DNA of 64,000 nt from an uncultured Bacilli bacterium (GCA_934096945.1 CAKOND010000007.1:3063-67062), one strand, 5' to 3'. Counted from the first letter of the stretch, positions 38,597 to 49,586 are shown. A program made the numbers and translations. The notes: a model not told the origin generated them from the letters alone.

Positions 38597-38623
38597 ATAA
38601 AATCTACCCACTTTACATACGAT
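38597..38623 (+). promoter_or_regulatory. Candidate sigma-E-type (mother-cell) promoter of spoIVA
   Basis: ATA, 16 nt, CATACGAT, compared with the remembered sigma-E consensus ATA-(16-18)-CATACA-T. It lies 30 nt before the spoIVA start. Confidence 0.4.
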
Positions 38624-38652
38624 TAAAATAGAAAAATGAAAGATGGTGGATT

Positions 38653-40131
38653 ATGGAAAAAGAAAAAATTATATCATCAATAGCAAAGCGCGGGGATGGT
38701 GAAATCTACTTAGGAGTAGTTGGCGCTGTTCGTACAGGTAAATCGACATTTATCAAACGCTTCATAGAAAATCTAGTTGTACCAAATATAACAGATGAAT
38801 ATGAAAAGAAAAGATGTTTAGATGAAATACCTCAAAGTGCACAAGGTAAAACTATCATGACAACTGAACCTAAATTTGTCCCAAGCAATGGGGCAGCAAT
38901 CAAAGTCGGCGAATTCGAAACAAGCATCAAGTTAGTTGATTGTGTAGGTTATGTCATTCCTGAAGCTAATGGTTTTGTTGATGAAGAAGGAAATCCAAGG
39001 ATGGTAAAAAGTCCATGGTTCGAGGATGCTATTCCTTTCGTAGAAGCGGCTGAAATAGGAACAGAGAAGGTTATCAAAGACCATGCAACAATAGGGATTG
39101 TTGTCACAACAGATGGTTCATTCGGTGAAATTAAGAGGGAATCGTATATCGAAGCTGAAGAAAAAGTTGTAAGTGAACTAAAAAATATTGGAAAACCATT
39201 TATAGTTATTCTAAATAGTGTTCACCCAACTAATACTGAGACTAGGGAACTAGCAAAAAATTTAAGTGACACATATGATGTCCCGGTAATGCCTATAAGT
39301 GCAGAACTAATGAATGAAAAAGAGATAATGGAAATACTAAAAACAGCACTTTATGAATTTCCGGTTTTAGACATCAAGGTCAAAATTCCTGAGTGGATCC
39401 ATGTCTTGCCAAGCACCAATGAGATTAAAATGCATTATATAGACAAAATTAAAGAAAGTGTAATAAGTGTTGAAAAAGTCAAAGATGTAGACTATATATT
39501 GGAACATTTCAGAGATTCAGAATATATTTCAAACTCCTTTATATCTGAACTAGATGCCTCAACTGGAACTGTTACAATAACATTAGAAAGCTCAAATGAA
39601 CTTTACACTCAAACACTTAAGTCTTTAATGGGAGACATGGTAACCACTAAGGCGGGACTCTTAAAAATATTTGCTAATTATAAAGATGATAAAGAAGAAA
39701 TGGATTCTTTAAGGGAAGCTATAAAAATGGCAAAAAGTACTGGCTACGGAATAGTATACCCTGGAATAAAAGAATTAAAACTTCAAACACCTGAACTTGT
39801 TAAACAAGGTAGCAGATATGGAGTTAGACTTAAAGCTGTTGCATCAAGTATTCATATGTTAAAAGTAGATGTAGAGTCAACTTTTGAACCTATCATAGGT
39901 AGTGAACTACAATCTAAAGAATTAATTGATAGATTAATGAAAGATTATGAAAATGATGCATCAAGTATCTGGAAAAGTGAAATATTTGGTAGAAGTCTAG
40001 AAGCAATTGTGCAAGAAGGTATTCAAGCTAAACTTAGTATGATGCCAGACAATACAAGATATAAACTTAAAGATACAGTTTCTAAAATAGTTAATAAAGG
40101 TTCAAATACTTTAATTGCAATAGTTATTTAA
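38653..40131 (+). CDS. spoIVA: Stage IV sporulation protein A
   Basis: 492 aa. N-terminal Walker A (GVVGAVRTGKSTFIKRF) and high overall resemblance to SpoIVA (TEPKFVP, VGYVIP, ...). Confidence 0.95.
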   Translation: MEKEKIISSIAKRGDGEIYLGVVGAVRTGKSTFIKRFIENLVVPNITDEYEKKRCLDEIPQSAQGKTIMTTEPKFVPSNGAAIKVGEFETSIKLVDCVGYVIPEANGFVDEEGNPRMVKSPWFEDAIPFVEAAEIGTEKVIKDHATIGIVVTTDGSFGEIKRESYIEAEEKVVSELKNIGKPFIVILNSVHPTNTETRELAKNLSDTYDVPVMPISAELMNEKEIMEILKTALYEFPVLDIKVKIPEWIHVLPSTNEIKMHYIDKIKESVISVEKVKDVDYILEHFRDSEYISNSFISELDASTGTVTITLESSNELYTQTLKSLMGDMVTTKAGLLKIFANYKDDKEEMDSLREAIKMAKSTGYGIVYPGIKELKLQTPELVKQGSRYGVRLKAVASSIHMLKVDVESTFEPIIGSELQSKELIDRLMKDYENDASSIWKSEIFGRSLEAIVQEGIQAKLSMMPDNTRYKLKDTVSKIVNKGSNTLIAIVI

Positions 40132-40298
40132 CTATTGCTTTTAATATGTAAATATTTTACACTGGCAACTATGCAAAAATGTAAATAAGTGTTAACTCGT
40201 GCAAAATGGCATGTCGAACCATGAGAGGTTTTGTCGAAAGCCTTGAAACGGGTAAAAATGCGTGTATAATAGCTAGGCAAGAAAGGAGAAAACAACTT

Positions 40299-41180
40299 AT
40301 GCAAAGATTAGAAATCAAGAAAATCAATGCCAGAGATAGTATTGTCAAGAAGATATTTACCTCAACTGAAGATGGACTTAAATATTTAAGTAAAATTGTA
40401 TGCAAAGTTTTAGATATTTCTGAAGAAGATGTAACATTTACTTTACTTCATCCTGATGTAAGTGTAAATGAAAATTCAGTTAATAGTGAAGTTGATGTAG
40501 CACTAGAAAGTAATGAAATTCTTGTTAATGTTGAAGTAAATAGTGTAAGAAGCAGGAAAAATGAGCGAAAGAACGATATGTATATTTGTCATTTAGTTTT
40601 AAGACAGACTAGAAATGCTGAAGACTATAGCAAGAAGTTTAAGAAGGTCTATCAAATAAATTTGAATACATATAGTGTTACAAATGATGATAGATTTATA
40701 GTTAGAAGTAGACTTTTAGATGATAAAACGTATGAAGAAATACATTCATTTTTTGAAATTTACGACATAAATCTTGCAAAAATTCTTGATAAGGATTATA
40801 CTATAATCAAGAAAGACGAAAAGTCTTTAGAAAAATTATTATATCTTTTAATCAGTGATGATGAAAGATTAATAAAAAAAGTATATGATGGTGATGATTT
40901 TATGGCTAAAATAATACGCGAAGTAAAAAATAGTTCAGATGATTTTGATAATTTACTTAGATATAATAGAGATGTTATATTTGATGGTAATGAAAAAGAA
41001 GAAGCGTTTGAAGATGGCGTAGAGCGTGGAGTTAAAAAAGGTTATAAGCTTGGAGTAGAACAAAATAAAATTGATGTTGCAAAAGCGATGCTTCAAGAAA
41101 GTTGTGATGTAAATTTAATTTGTAGAGTTACCAAATTATCACTTAACCAAGTTGAAAAATTAAAAGAAGAATTGAAATAA
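40299..41180 (+). CDS. Rpn-family recombination-promoting nuclease / PD-(D/E)XK putative transposase
   Basis: Family-typical layout: D...VEVN core (SEVDVALESNEILVNVEVNS), KKVYQINL, and the conserved helical tail (EDGVERGVKKGYKLGVEQNKIDVAKAML). AAAGGAG RBS before the ATG at 40299. Confidence 0.7.
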   Translation: MQRLEIKKINARDSIVKKIFTSTEDGLKYLSKIVCKVLDISEEDVTFTLLHPDVSVNENSVNSEVDVALESNEILVNVEVNSVRSRKNERKNDMYICHLVLRQTRNAEDYSKKFKKVYQINLNTYSVTNDDRFIVRSRLLDDKTYEEIHSFFEIYDINLAKILDKDYTIIKKDEKSLEKLLYLLISDDERLIKKVYDGDDFMAKIIREVKNSSDDFDNLLRYNRDVIFDGNEKEEAFEDGVERGVKKGYKLGVEQNKIDVAKAMLQESCDVNLICRVTKLSLNQVEKLKEELK

Positions 41181-41192
41181 TTCTTCTTTTTA
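41163..41192 (+). terminator. Intrinsic terminator overlapping the stop codon
   Basis: AAGAAGAATT / AATTCTTCTT stem plus TTT. Confidence 0.6.
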
Positions 41193-41371
41193 GCAACAAA
41201 ATAAGACTTGATTTGACAGAAAAATAAAATAACTAGACGAATAATATTAAAAGAAAGAATAAAAATTTGAAAATTAAACCTAAGTTGTAATAAAAAATTT
41301 TCTTAATTATTTAAAAATCTTGTTTTTGAATATATTTTATGTTAATATATTTTGCAAGTAAGGGGGAAAAC

Positions 41372-42136
41372 ATGGAAAAAGTATATGGATTTACAAATGA
41401 ATTTGTTGCGGCATACCCAGATATATATAACTTTGATAATGCCGATGTTTTAAGTGTTATTGGAAGTGGAGATCAATATTTTACATCAGTATTAGCAGGT
41501 GCCAAAAATGTAACACTTTTTGATATAAACATTAATGCTTGGCATCATTTTGTACTAAAGTCAACAGCTATTAAACATTTAGTATATGAAGATTTCTGGA
41601 AATTTTTTATAACCGATGGCCTAAACAATATTGAGTTATATCTTAAAATTCGTGATTATTTACCTCAGGAAACTAAACACTTTTTTGATCTACTCCGTGT
41701 AACTAAAATGAAATTTTCCAGTATTAAGTTAAAAGCTTTATTACTTGATAATCTTTCAAAAGAAGAATACATAAGAATGTTACCATATTTAGAAAAAGAA
41801 AATTATTACAAACTACAAGCAATATTAAATAAAGTAGGCTTACATGAATGTATTATAAAAGATTTTAAAGATATATCATCGGGAAATGAAAGAAAAAATT
41901 ATGATATAATGCTCCTTTCAAATATTTATCATTGGCTTGATTTAAATCCTGAAGAATTTAAATTAATGTTAAATAAATTTGATCCATGTATAATTCAAGC
42001 TGTATATGCTTGGCATTACTATGCTGATATCATAGAATTCGAAACTATGGGCTTCACCATTACTGAAGTACCAGCCATAAAACAAAATATAGAAAATTCC
42101 ATAAATTATGTCCTAACCTATAAAAGAACTAGGTAA
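41372..42136 (+). CDS. Hypothetical protein, possibly a class I SAM-dependent methyltransferase fold (DUF3419-like)
   Basis: VLSVIGSGDQYFTSVLAGAKNVTLFDIN resembles the SAM-binding motif I region. GGGGGAAAA RBS. Confidence 0.4.
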   Translation: MEKVYGFTNEFVAAYPDIYNFDNADVLSVIGSGDQYFTSVLAGAKNVTLFDININAWHHFVLKSTAIKHLVYEDFWKFFITDGLNNIELYLKIRDYLPQETKHFFDLLRVTKMKFSSIKLKALLLDNLSKEEYIRMLPYLEKENYYKLQAILNKVGLHECIIKDFKDISSGNERKNYDIMLLSNIYHWLDLNPEEFKLMLNKFDPCIIQAVYAWHYYADIIEFETMGFTITEVPAIKQNIENSINYVLTYKRTR

Positions 42137-42187
42137 TTTATTGCATTTTAAAAATATTAATAATATAATTAAGTAGGTGATTAAATC

Positions 42188-43519
42188 ATGTATGAAAACA
42201 AAAAAGTATTAATTTTAGGAGCTGCTAAAAGTGGTATAGCAATTGCAAAATTGTTAGCAAATAAAAATAACGATATCACTTTAACAGATTTAGTAAAAAT
42301 AGATCAGAAAGTAAAAAAATCATTAGAATCAATAGGTATAAAAATTATTATTACTAAAAATCAAATTGATTTATTAGATGAGTCATGGGATCTAGTAGTT
42401 AAAAATCCAGCTATCAAATTTACAAGCCCATTGATAAAAAAATGTGTAGAACTTAATCTTAGAGTAGAAAACGAAATGGAAATTGCCTATCATTTTCTAC
42501 CTAAAGATGTTAAAATTATCGGAGTGACTGGTTCAAATGGTAAAACAACAACAACAACAATCCTTTATAATATGTTAAAATTATCCAAAAATAATGTAGT
42601 TATGGGAGGCAATATTGGAATTCCATTAACAGATTTACTAAACAAAATTAAATCTGGAGATATATTACTTCTTGAAATAAGTGACCACCAATTATGTGAT
42701 TTTCACGACTTTAAAACAGACATAAGTATTTTAACAAATGTCTGTCCTACTCATCTAGATTATCATGGCACGTATGAACACTACATGAACACAAAAAAGA
42801 ATATATTTAATAATCACACATCTAAAGATTTAGCCATAATTAATGAAGATAATATAGATGCTTGTAAAATAACTAAAAATATAAATTCAACTAAAGTGTA
42901 TTTTAGTAAAAAAGATATTACATGCAAAGCTTATTTAAAAGATAATTACATTTATCTAAATAATCAAAAAATGATAGATGTTAACAATTTGAAATCTAAA
43001 GGTGAGCACAATTATGATAATATAATGGCATCTTTAATTGCATGTAGTTATTTTAAAATGGACCTAGAAAAAATAAGAAAATTTTTAGAAAATTTTAGTG
43101 GGGTTGAACACCGCTTGGAATTTGTAAGAAATGTTAACGATGTTTTATACTACAACGATAGTAAATCAACAAATCCCACATCAACAATCACTGCATTAAA
43201 AACATTTAATCAACCAACTCATTTAATTTTAGGTGGAGAAAATCGAAATCAAGACTTTCACGAATTAGATAATTACATAAAAAATGTAAAATATATTTAT
43301 GCAATAGGAATGACTACAGATATTGTAGAAAAATATGCCAAAAATGTAAATATTCCTTGTTATAAAGCCTATACATTAAAAAATGCTATGGATTTTTTGA
43401 GAAATAACGTTGAAAAAGGAGACATAGTATTATTATCACCAGGATCCTCAAGCCAAGATCAATATCCTCATTTTGAAAATCGTGGCGATGAATTTAAGAA
43501 AATAGTAAATAATTTATAA
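42188..43519 (+). CDS. murD: UDP-N-acetylmuramoylalanine--D-glutamate ligase
   Basis: N-terminal Rossmann (VLILGAAKSGIA), Mur ligase P-loop (GVTGSNGKTTTTT), and the family-typical HRLE motif (VEHRLEFV). Confidence 0.92.
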   Translation: MYENKKVLILGAAKSGIAIAKLLANKNNDITLTDLVKIDQKVKKSLESIGIKIIITKNQIDLLDESWDLVVKNPAIKFTSPLIKKCVELNLRVENEMEIAYHFLPKDVKIIGVTGSNGKTTTTTILYNMLKLSKNNVVMGGNIGIPLTDLLNKIKSGDILLLEISDHQLCDFHDFKTDISILTNVCPTHLDYHGTYEHYMNTKKNIFNNHTSKDLAIINEDNIDACKITKNINSTKVYFSKKDITCKAYLKDNYIYLNNQKMIDVNNLKSKGEHNYDNIMASLIACSYFKMDLEKIRKFLENFSGVEHRLEFVRNVNDVLYYNDSKSTNPTSTITALKTFNQPTHLILGGENRNQDFHELDNYIKNVKYIYAIGMTTDIVEKYAKNVNIPCYKAYTLKNAMDFLRNNVEKGDIVLLSPGSSSQDQYPHFENRGDEFKKIVNNL

Positions 43520-43632
43520 AATTAAAGTGTATGAATTAACAGACTCATACGCTTTTTAAATTAATAAAAATATCTTGAAAAAAAAATAATAACAATGTAT
43601 AATTGTAATATAATAAAAAAGGGGCTGATAAA

Positions 43633-44982
43633 ATGAATGGACAAAATCCAGATTTAAATAATGGCACAAATAATGAATTAAATGGAACTACACTAGGTCC
43701 AATATCTTTAGGTGCAGTGCAAAACAATCCAAATATGGCAACACCTGATCCAGTGCAAATACCTAATGTAGTGCCTAATAATACTCCAAATCCAACACAA
43801 ATGCCAAATTCAAATCCAGGTGCATCACCACAAGTTGAAAATTTAAATAGTACACCACCAGTAAATAATCCAGTAGCACAACCAATTCCAGGAACTGAAA
43901 GCTTAATGCCAGGAAACAAAGCTGAAGCAAATAATAACTTTGCCACTGACAATAATATAAACAATTTTTCAAATTTCAATAAAAATCAAAATATAGGAAT
44001 GATTCCTCCTCAAAATATTGAGCCAAAGAAAAAGAAAACATTGGGTAAAATATTATTTGTTATTTTGATAATTATTTTAATAATTGGAGTTGCCTTCGGA
44101 GTATATTATTTTCTAAATATAAGTAATAATACTGTTAAACTAACACCTAAAAATGTAAGTGTTGGGCTTGGGGAAACAATTCCAGATAATATTAAAGAAT
44201 ATGCAATTATTACGAAAGGTAATGCCAGCATCTGCAATGTTAATACTAGAAATGTAAATACAACATTAGCAGGTGAATATGAAGTAACAATTACATGTGG
44301 AAAAAGTGTGTATAAAACTAAAGTAATTGTAAGTGATAAAAAAGCACCAGATGCTAAATTTAATCTACTTTTCAGAACTGTAAATAGTACTTTAACAGTT
44401 GATGATTTTATAAAAAGTTGTTCTGACCCATCAAATTGTAAAACAAGTTTTGTAGATGAATCAAAAGTAAATGAATATCTTAAAACACCAGGTGGACCAT
44501 ATGAAATTGAAATTGCTGCGGAAGACGATTTAGGAAACAAAGCAATTTATAAGACAACTTTATATGTAACATCGGATCCAATTACTGGATTTGTATATTT
44601 TACTAGTCCTGAAACAACATTAACAGATTACAAAGCAAAAAAAATAATAAATGATATATTTCCTATAAATCAGTATTTAACATTTTTAAATGTTGCTCGC
44701 AGGGACTATAAATACACTTTTGAAAATGCCAAGGTGTATGAAGAAGTCATAGGAAATAAAGAAAATATCATAACATTTGATGGCGTAACAGGAATAGCAA
44801 AATATAATGACAAAGAACTAAGCTTAGAAATATCAACAGATTTAAGCATAACAACATTAAATAATGAAAATAATGGAAGTTTTCCAACATCATATCCAGA
44901 CATTCAAACAATTTATAAAGATACAAAAGGATATGCATTCTCTTTTATAAAGAACTATCCTGAAACTGAAAGTGAAGAGTAA
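43633..44982 (+). CDS. Membrane protein with a P/N-rich N-terminus, a TM segment and extracellular Ig-like tandem domains
   Basis: Low-complexity N/P region, TM segment (ILFVILIIILIIGVAFGVYYF), and a two-domain module sharing layout with the 62831 gene (D-x-x-AP linker). Confidence 0.65.
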   Translation: MNGQNPDLNNGTNNELNGTTLGPISLGAVQNNPNMATPDPVQIPNVVPNNTPNPTQMPNSNPGASPQVENLNSTPPVNNPVAQPIPGTESLMPGNKAEANNNFATDNNINNFSNFNKNQNIGMIPPQNIEPKKKKTLGKILFVILIIILIIGVAFGVYYFLNISNNTVKLTPKNVSVGLGETIPDNIKEYAIITKGNASICNVNTRNVNTTLAGEYEVTITCGKSVYKTKVIVSDKKAPDAKFNLLFRTVNSTLTVDDFIKSCSDPSNCKTSFVDESKVNEYLKTPGGPYEIEIAAEDDLGNKAIYKTTLYVTSDPITGFVYFTSPETTLTDYKAKKIINDIFPINQYLTFLNVARRDYKYTFENAKVYEEVIGNKENIITFDGVTGIAKYNDKELSLEISTDLSITTLNNENNGSFPTSYPDIQTIYKDTKGYAFSFIKNYPETESEE

Positions 44983-45007
44983 TCTTCATTTTTTTCTTGT
45001 ATAATAA

Positions 45008-45868
45008 GAAAGTCATCCAAAATTTATGGCAAAAGGTGTACATGAAAGTTTTAGAACTAATAATACATTAAGTACTTATAAAAATAAAAAGTATGAAACT
45101 ATCAAAGTAGATTTTAATAAAAGAATAATAACTTTGCCAAAATTAAAAGAAGTAAAGTTTCGTGGATATAGAACAACTAAAGAAATGGTAGGAAAAATAA
45201 AATCAGCAACAATTAGTAAAGATGCTAACAAATATTTTGTAAGCATCTTAGTTGAAGTGCCATTTATTAAATATTCAATAAATCCAACATCAATCGTGGG
45301 ATTAGATTTAGAAATTAAAGATTTTATAGTAACATCAAATGGAGAAAAATTAAAAAATGAAGTAAAAGTTAATGAGAAGAGATTAAAAGGATTACAAAAG
45401 TGGTTATCAAGATGTAAACCAGGAAGTAAGAATAGATATAAAGTAAAATTAAAAATACAAAGATTGTATTTAAAAATAAGAAATGCCAGAAAACATATGA
45501 TATATAAACTTGCAAATAATATCTTGAAGGAAAATGACATTGTAGTTGTTGAAAGATTAGATGTTAAAAGCATGTATCAAGTCCATAAAATAGCTAAACA
45601 CTTAAAAAACATACCAATCAGTGAATTTATACGAGTCTTAAAATATAAATCAAATTGGCTAGGTAAAAAAGTAATTGAAATAAATAAATATTATCCAAGT
45701 AGTCAATGTTGCAATAGATGTGATTATAAAAATGAAGAAGTAAAAGATTTAAGTGTAAGAAAGTGGACATGTCCAAGATGTGGATTAATACATGATAGAG
45801 ATATAAATGCAAGCGAAAATATAATGTTTGAAGGATTGAAAATATATATGAAAGAGTGTATAATATAA
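45008..45868 (+). pseudogene. tnpB: IS200/IS605-family tnpB (RNA-guided nuclease), 5'-truncated by roughly 90 codons
   Basis: Homology starts at HPKF...SFRT, just after a TAA at 45005. RuvC D/E/D (GLDLE, VVVERLDV, HDRDINASENI) and the CxxC...CxxC zinc finger are all present. No tnpA is adjacent. Confidence 0.8.
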
Positions 45869-45873
45869 ATAAG

Positions 45874-45990
45874 AACGAAATGAATATAAGTAGGGTGGTG
45901 ACCATCCGAAGTTGGTCTGTGGAGAAACCTAAGGTTTCTGTGAAACAGAAAAGTGTTACCGTGAGGTAACACAGATACTTGAATTTCGTT
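45874..45990 (+). ncRNA. Structured omega-RNA/reRNA-like region at the tnpB 3' end
   Basis: GC-enriched. 8-bp closing stem AACGAAAT/ATTTCGTT. Internal hairpins GGGTGG-tga-CCATCC, AGAAACC-taa-GGTTTCT and GTGTTACC-gtga-GGTAACAC. Confidence 0.5.
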
Positions 45991-46051
45991 AGAAATTTAA
46001 GTTATGTTCAACTTATTTAGGTGAATGTGGTAAAATAAAGGTGTGATGAAA

Positions 46052-46825
46052 ATGAAAAAAACAAAAAAACTATTTTTATATTTACTTGTACTTATAGGGG
46101 TTATTCTAATCATAATATTATTTATGAAAATATTTAAATTCAACAAAAAGACTAATATAGAATATCCAGAGGTGACAGAATCAGAAATAAATGAACTTTA
46201 TAGCTTATTTTCTGAATCAAAATTTAGTAGCTTTCCATCATTTTACTTAGGAAACTATATATCAAGTAATAACATAAATTTTTCTACAGTTGCTCAAATA
46301 ACATACGATTATATTAACAGAAAAAATCCATTTAAATTTGAAACCATAACTAAAAAAGATTTAGATTTAACTCAAAATAAATATAAACTTCTTTCTAAAA
46401 TTGATAAAAACTATTTTTTAAAAACAGCAAAATACATATTTGAAGAAACAAATGCTTATGATATAGATTTACCAGTTGATGAAACAAAAAGTATAAAAAT
46501 CAGAGATTCATATGATTATATTTATGTTTATGAAAGTGAAAATACTTATAATGATAATATAGTTTATTATAAAGGATTAGATAGTTATACTGTAGAAAAT
46601 GGAAATGAATCAATAAAACTAATTGAATATTTTCTATGGTGTGATAAAGCTACTACTTTATGTTATGATAATGTTCGTATTGGTACAAATGATGTCACAG
46701 AAAGTTCTATAAGATATAGTGAAAATTTAAATATTAAAGAAAATATTGACAAAATAAAAAAATATGAGCATAAATTTTCATATAAGAATGATCACTATGA
46801 ATATGTAAGTTCAAGACAACTTTAG
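46052..46825 (+). CDS. Signal-anchored hypothetical protein
   Basis: N-terminal TM segment (LFLYLLVLIGVILIIILFM). No domain recognised. Confidence 0.55.
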   Translation: MKKTKKLFLYLLVLIGVILIIILFMKIFKFNKKTNIEYPEVTESEINELYSLFSESKFSSFPSFYLGNYISSNNINFSTVAQITYDYINRKNPFKFETITKKDLDLTQNKYKLLSKIDKNYFLKTAKYIFEETNAYDIDLPVDETKSIKIRDSYDYIYVYESENTYNDNIVYYKGLDSYTVENGNESIKLIEYFLWCDKATTLCYDNVRIGTNDVTESSIRYSENLNIKENIDKIKKYEHKFSYKNDHYEYVSSRQL

Positions 46826-46845
46826 ACAAAAAACGGGGGGAAAAT

Positions 46846-47880
46846 ATGAACGAATTATATTTATATGACATATGTTATAAATCATTTTTACTTTTTTTAA
46901 GTGAAATGGATGAGCGATTTAATGACTCGGATAAACTAAATCAAATAATTATTGATATTCTAAGAAATAAAAATAGTATTTTTAATGCATATTTAAAAAA
47001 ACACTTAGATGAATTTAATATCGATTTAGATGTAGCAAAAAGAATAATAATGCTCACCATTGTAAGTAAATCATATATAATGAACTATTATGACTTTGTT
47101 CATGAAATAAATATTACTTACAGTGAAGAAACTATTGAAAAGTTAGAATCTTTAAGTAGAAAAGAAATATTAGATATCTTTTTAAATCCTAGTTATATAA
47201 CCAAAGATTTAATTAAAGATTTTACTGACTATTTAGTAAGACCATATATATTCCACACTAAATCAAAAAAATTAGTATTAGAAAGTGGAAAATTTTCGAT
47301 CCTTTTTAAATTAAATCCTTTAGAAGTTTTAGACATTTGGGACTACATAGATGATGATGAGTTATTAGAATCTGAAAACCTGATTCAAACATTTTTTGAT
47401 CTATATGATAAAACAATAACTGAAGTAGAAATAGATGATACTGGAGACAGTAAAAATTATGAAAGCGTTGAAGATTTTGAATTTTCTCTATTTACTGACA
47501 ATTTATATGAATTTTTTAAAGAAGACGAGAGTAAAATAACATTATTTTTAAGCTATATCTTTTCTAATGTTTATGAAACTTTAGTAATAGAAAAATCATC
47601 TGGATGTGTTGACTATAAAAAATATTTTGACTTAATACCACTTTTTGAAAATCTAGATATATATGAATTAAAAGATAGATTTTTATCTGATAAAGAATTT
47701 GCCTTCGACATAATTGATATATTCGTATTAGGAAATCAAAGTTTGATAGAAAATGAATTAATAGAGAAAAGAGATAAATTTAAAGAAAAAGGAGATGTAG
47801 CTCTTTTAAGAAGATTAAATCCTTATTACGAAAAAGAAGAAATAGTTTATGAAAAAATAAAAGAAACTAGCGAAAACTAG
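46846..47880 (+). CDS. Acidic cytoplasmic hypothetical protein
   Basis: GGGGGGAAAA RBS. 344 aa with no motif recognised. Confidence 0.55.
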   Translation: MNELYLYDICYKSFLLFLSEMDERFNDSDKLNQIIIDILRNKNSIFNAYLKKHLDEFNIDLDVAKRIIMLTIVSKSYIMNYYDFVHEINITYSEETIEKLESLSRKEILDIFLNPSYITKDLIKDFTDYLVRPYIFHTKSKKLVLESGKFSILFKLNPLEVLDIWDYIDDDELLESENLIQTFFDLYDKTITEVEIDDTGDSKNYESVEDFEFSLFTDNLYEFFKEDESKITLFLSYIFSNVYETLVIEKSSGCVDYKKYFDLIPLFENLDIYELKDRFLSDKEFAFDIIDIFVLGNQSLIENELIEKRDKFKEKGDVALLRRLNPYYEKEEIVYEKIKETSEN

Positions 47881-49455
47881 TTTTCTTTTTCAACTAAAAC
47901 AGCATGAACAACATATTTATTATTTTCATCAGCACAAGTAGAAAGGGTAAGTATTTTATCAGTTTCCTTTAAATCAACTTTAAAATCATAAATACTTCTA
48001 CTTTTTATTAAATTAAACATATTCATTTTAGCTTCATTACTTGGAAAAATAACTGTTAGATAATCAGTAGTGGTTTCTACTTTATATAAAGAAAATATTC
48101 TATATTCTAAAGTATCATATAAACTTTTTAAAGTAATAATTTGATTGTCTGGATTACTATACCAATTATATCTCATCATATTTTGTAAATTTCCAAACAT
48201 AATGCCATTATAATATCTATTGTGAGCAAATATTATAACATTATCACTTAAGTTAACTACATCACCACGATAGTCCATGAAAACCCAACCATTTTTATCA
48301 TCTTTAAAGAAAATATTATGGTTTAAATAATAACTATTATCAATACCTTGAACAACTGGATAATCTATGTTAGTATTTGGAACTTTAAGCCATGCCACTG
48401 TCTGAGGATTTATATTTTTAAATACACTAGCAACATCTTTATTAATAACTTTTTTATCTTCTTCTTTAATATCTTTATTCATTTCATCAACAATCAATTG
48501 AGTATTGTCCAAACTTATAATCTCTTTTAAATTTTGTTTTACTTCTTCATCATTTTTCATCGAATTATAATTATCGTAAAATACATAAATAAATATAACA
48601 GAAATTATTAAAATTATTATATAAGCACAAGTTTTAAGAATACTATTATTAGTTTGCTTTAAAATATTATCTCTTACATAATCATTACTATATTCTAGTT
48701 TAAAATATATTTTATAGCGCTTACTTTTCTTTTTATTAAATTCCCTTAGATAGTTAATAGTATCTTCGTTAGAAATATTATCATGAATAATTATTTTTAC
48801 ATTTTTTTTATTGTTTTTTCTAAGTACATTCACAATATATTCTAAATCATTTTTGTTTACATAATTAACATTAATAGTTTTTAAATACTTATTTATTTTA
48901 ATAAATGCATCAAAATCTTCTTCATCTTGAAAAGACATTGGCAAATCCACTTGAATATTCATCTTATAAAACATACTTGAAAAAACACTTAAATTATTTT
49001 GTAACATAAAATCAGATAAATAAAGTATTTCATTTCTAGATTCCACTAAAATTCCATATTTATCTAAGTATTCAATCATAAATGGTTGAAGATTATAACA
49101 ACTTACATTTTTAATACTAGTTTTAACAATTAATTCACATATTTTAAAAGTAAGCTGTGCATCTTCTTTTATAACAATGTTAATAATATTTGAATTACTC
49201 TTTAAAATATTTAACATAGTGGGCACAAATTCAATTTTTTCTATTATGATGGTATCTATATTATAATTTTTAGTAAGCTCATTTACAAAAGTAGACGTAA
49301 TTTTAACATTATTATTTAAATAATCAAGAGAAAATATTAGTTCATCAGAACTAATTACATTTGTATTTAATAAATTTTTATTTTCATTAGACAATCGTAC
49401 CTTTTCTTTAATATATAAGGCATTATCTTTAATTTTAAATAATAATTTTTTCATA
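47877..49455 (-). CDS. srtB: Class B sortase with a ~300-aa N-terminal cytoplasmic extension
   Basis: The C-terminal ~230 aa are typical SrtB (NPQTVAWLKVPNTNIDYPVVQGIDNSYYLNHN, IIFAHN, ILTLSTC). They are preceded by a TM segment (AYIIILIISVIFIYVFY) and an unrecognised N-terminal domain. Confidence 0.8.
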
Positions 49456-49586
49456 TTCTCAAATCCTATTACTTTATTATAATAACACAATTTTACATTT
49501 TTTAATATATTTTTTAAAAAAATATGTTGTTTTTTGTATTTTTATGATATAATTTAGACATAATAAAGATAAGGAGAGATATAGTG

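Noticed and set aside
40132-40298. GC-enriched stretch upstream of the Rpn gene (direct TGTCGAA repeats, small hairpins) as a possible structured RNA or tRNA-like element
   Set aside because: No cloverleaf or recognisable riboswitch core could be drawn. It is probably only the promoter/5' UTR (TGTATAAT at about 40262). The track ORF start at 40206 lacks an RBS, whereas the ATG at 40299 has one.
43545-43979. 144-aa minus-strand ORF rich in G/F/C opposite the start of the 43633 gene
   Set aside because: It is the antisense reading of the P/N-rich low-complexity region. The plus-strand ORF has an RBS (AAAAAGGGG) and continues for 449 aa with TM and Ig-like domains.
45076-45972. Minus-strand ORFs 45076..45573, 45627..45905 and 45724..45972
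   Set aside because: They are antisense to tnpB and to the structured 3' RNA region, with no RBS and nonsense-like composition.
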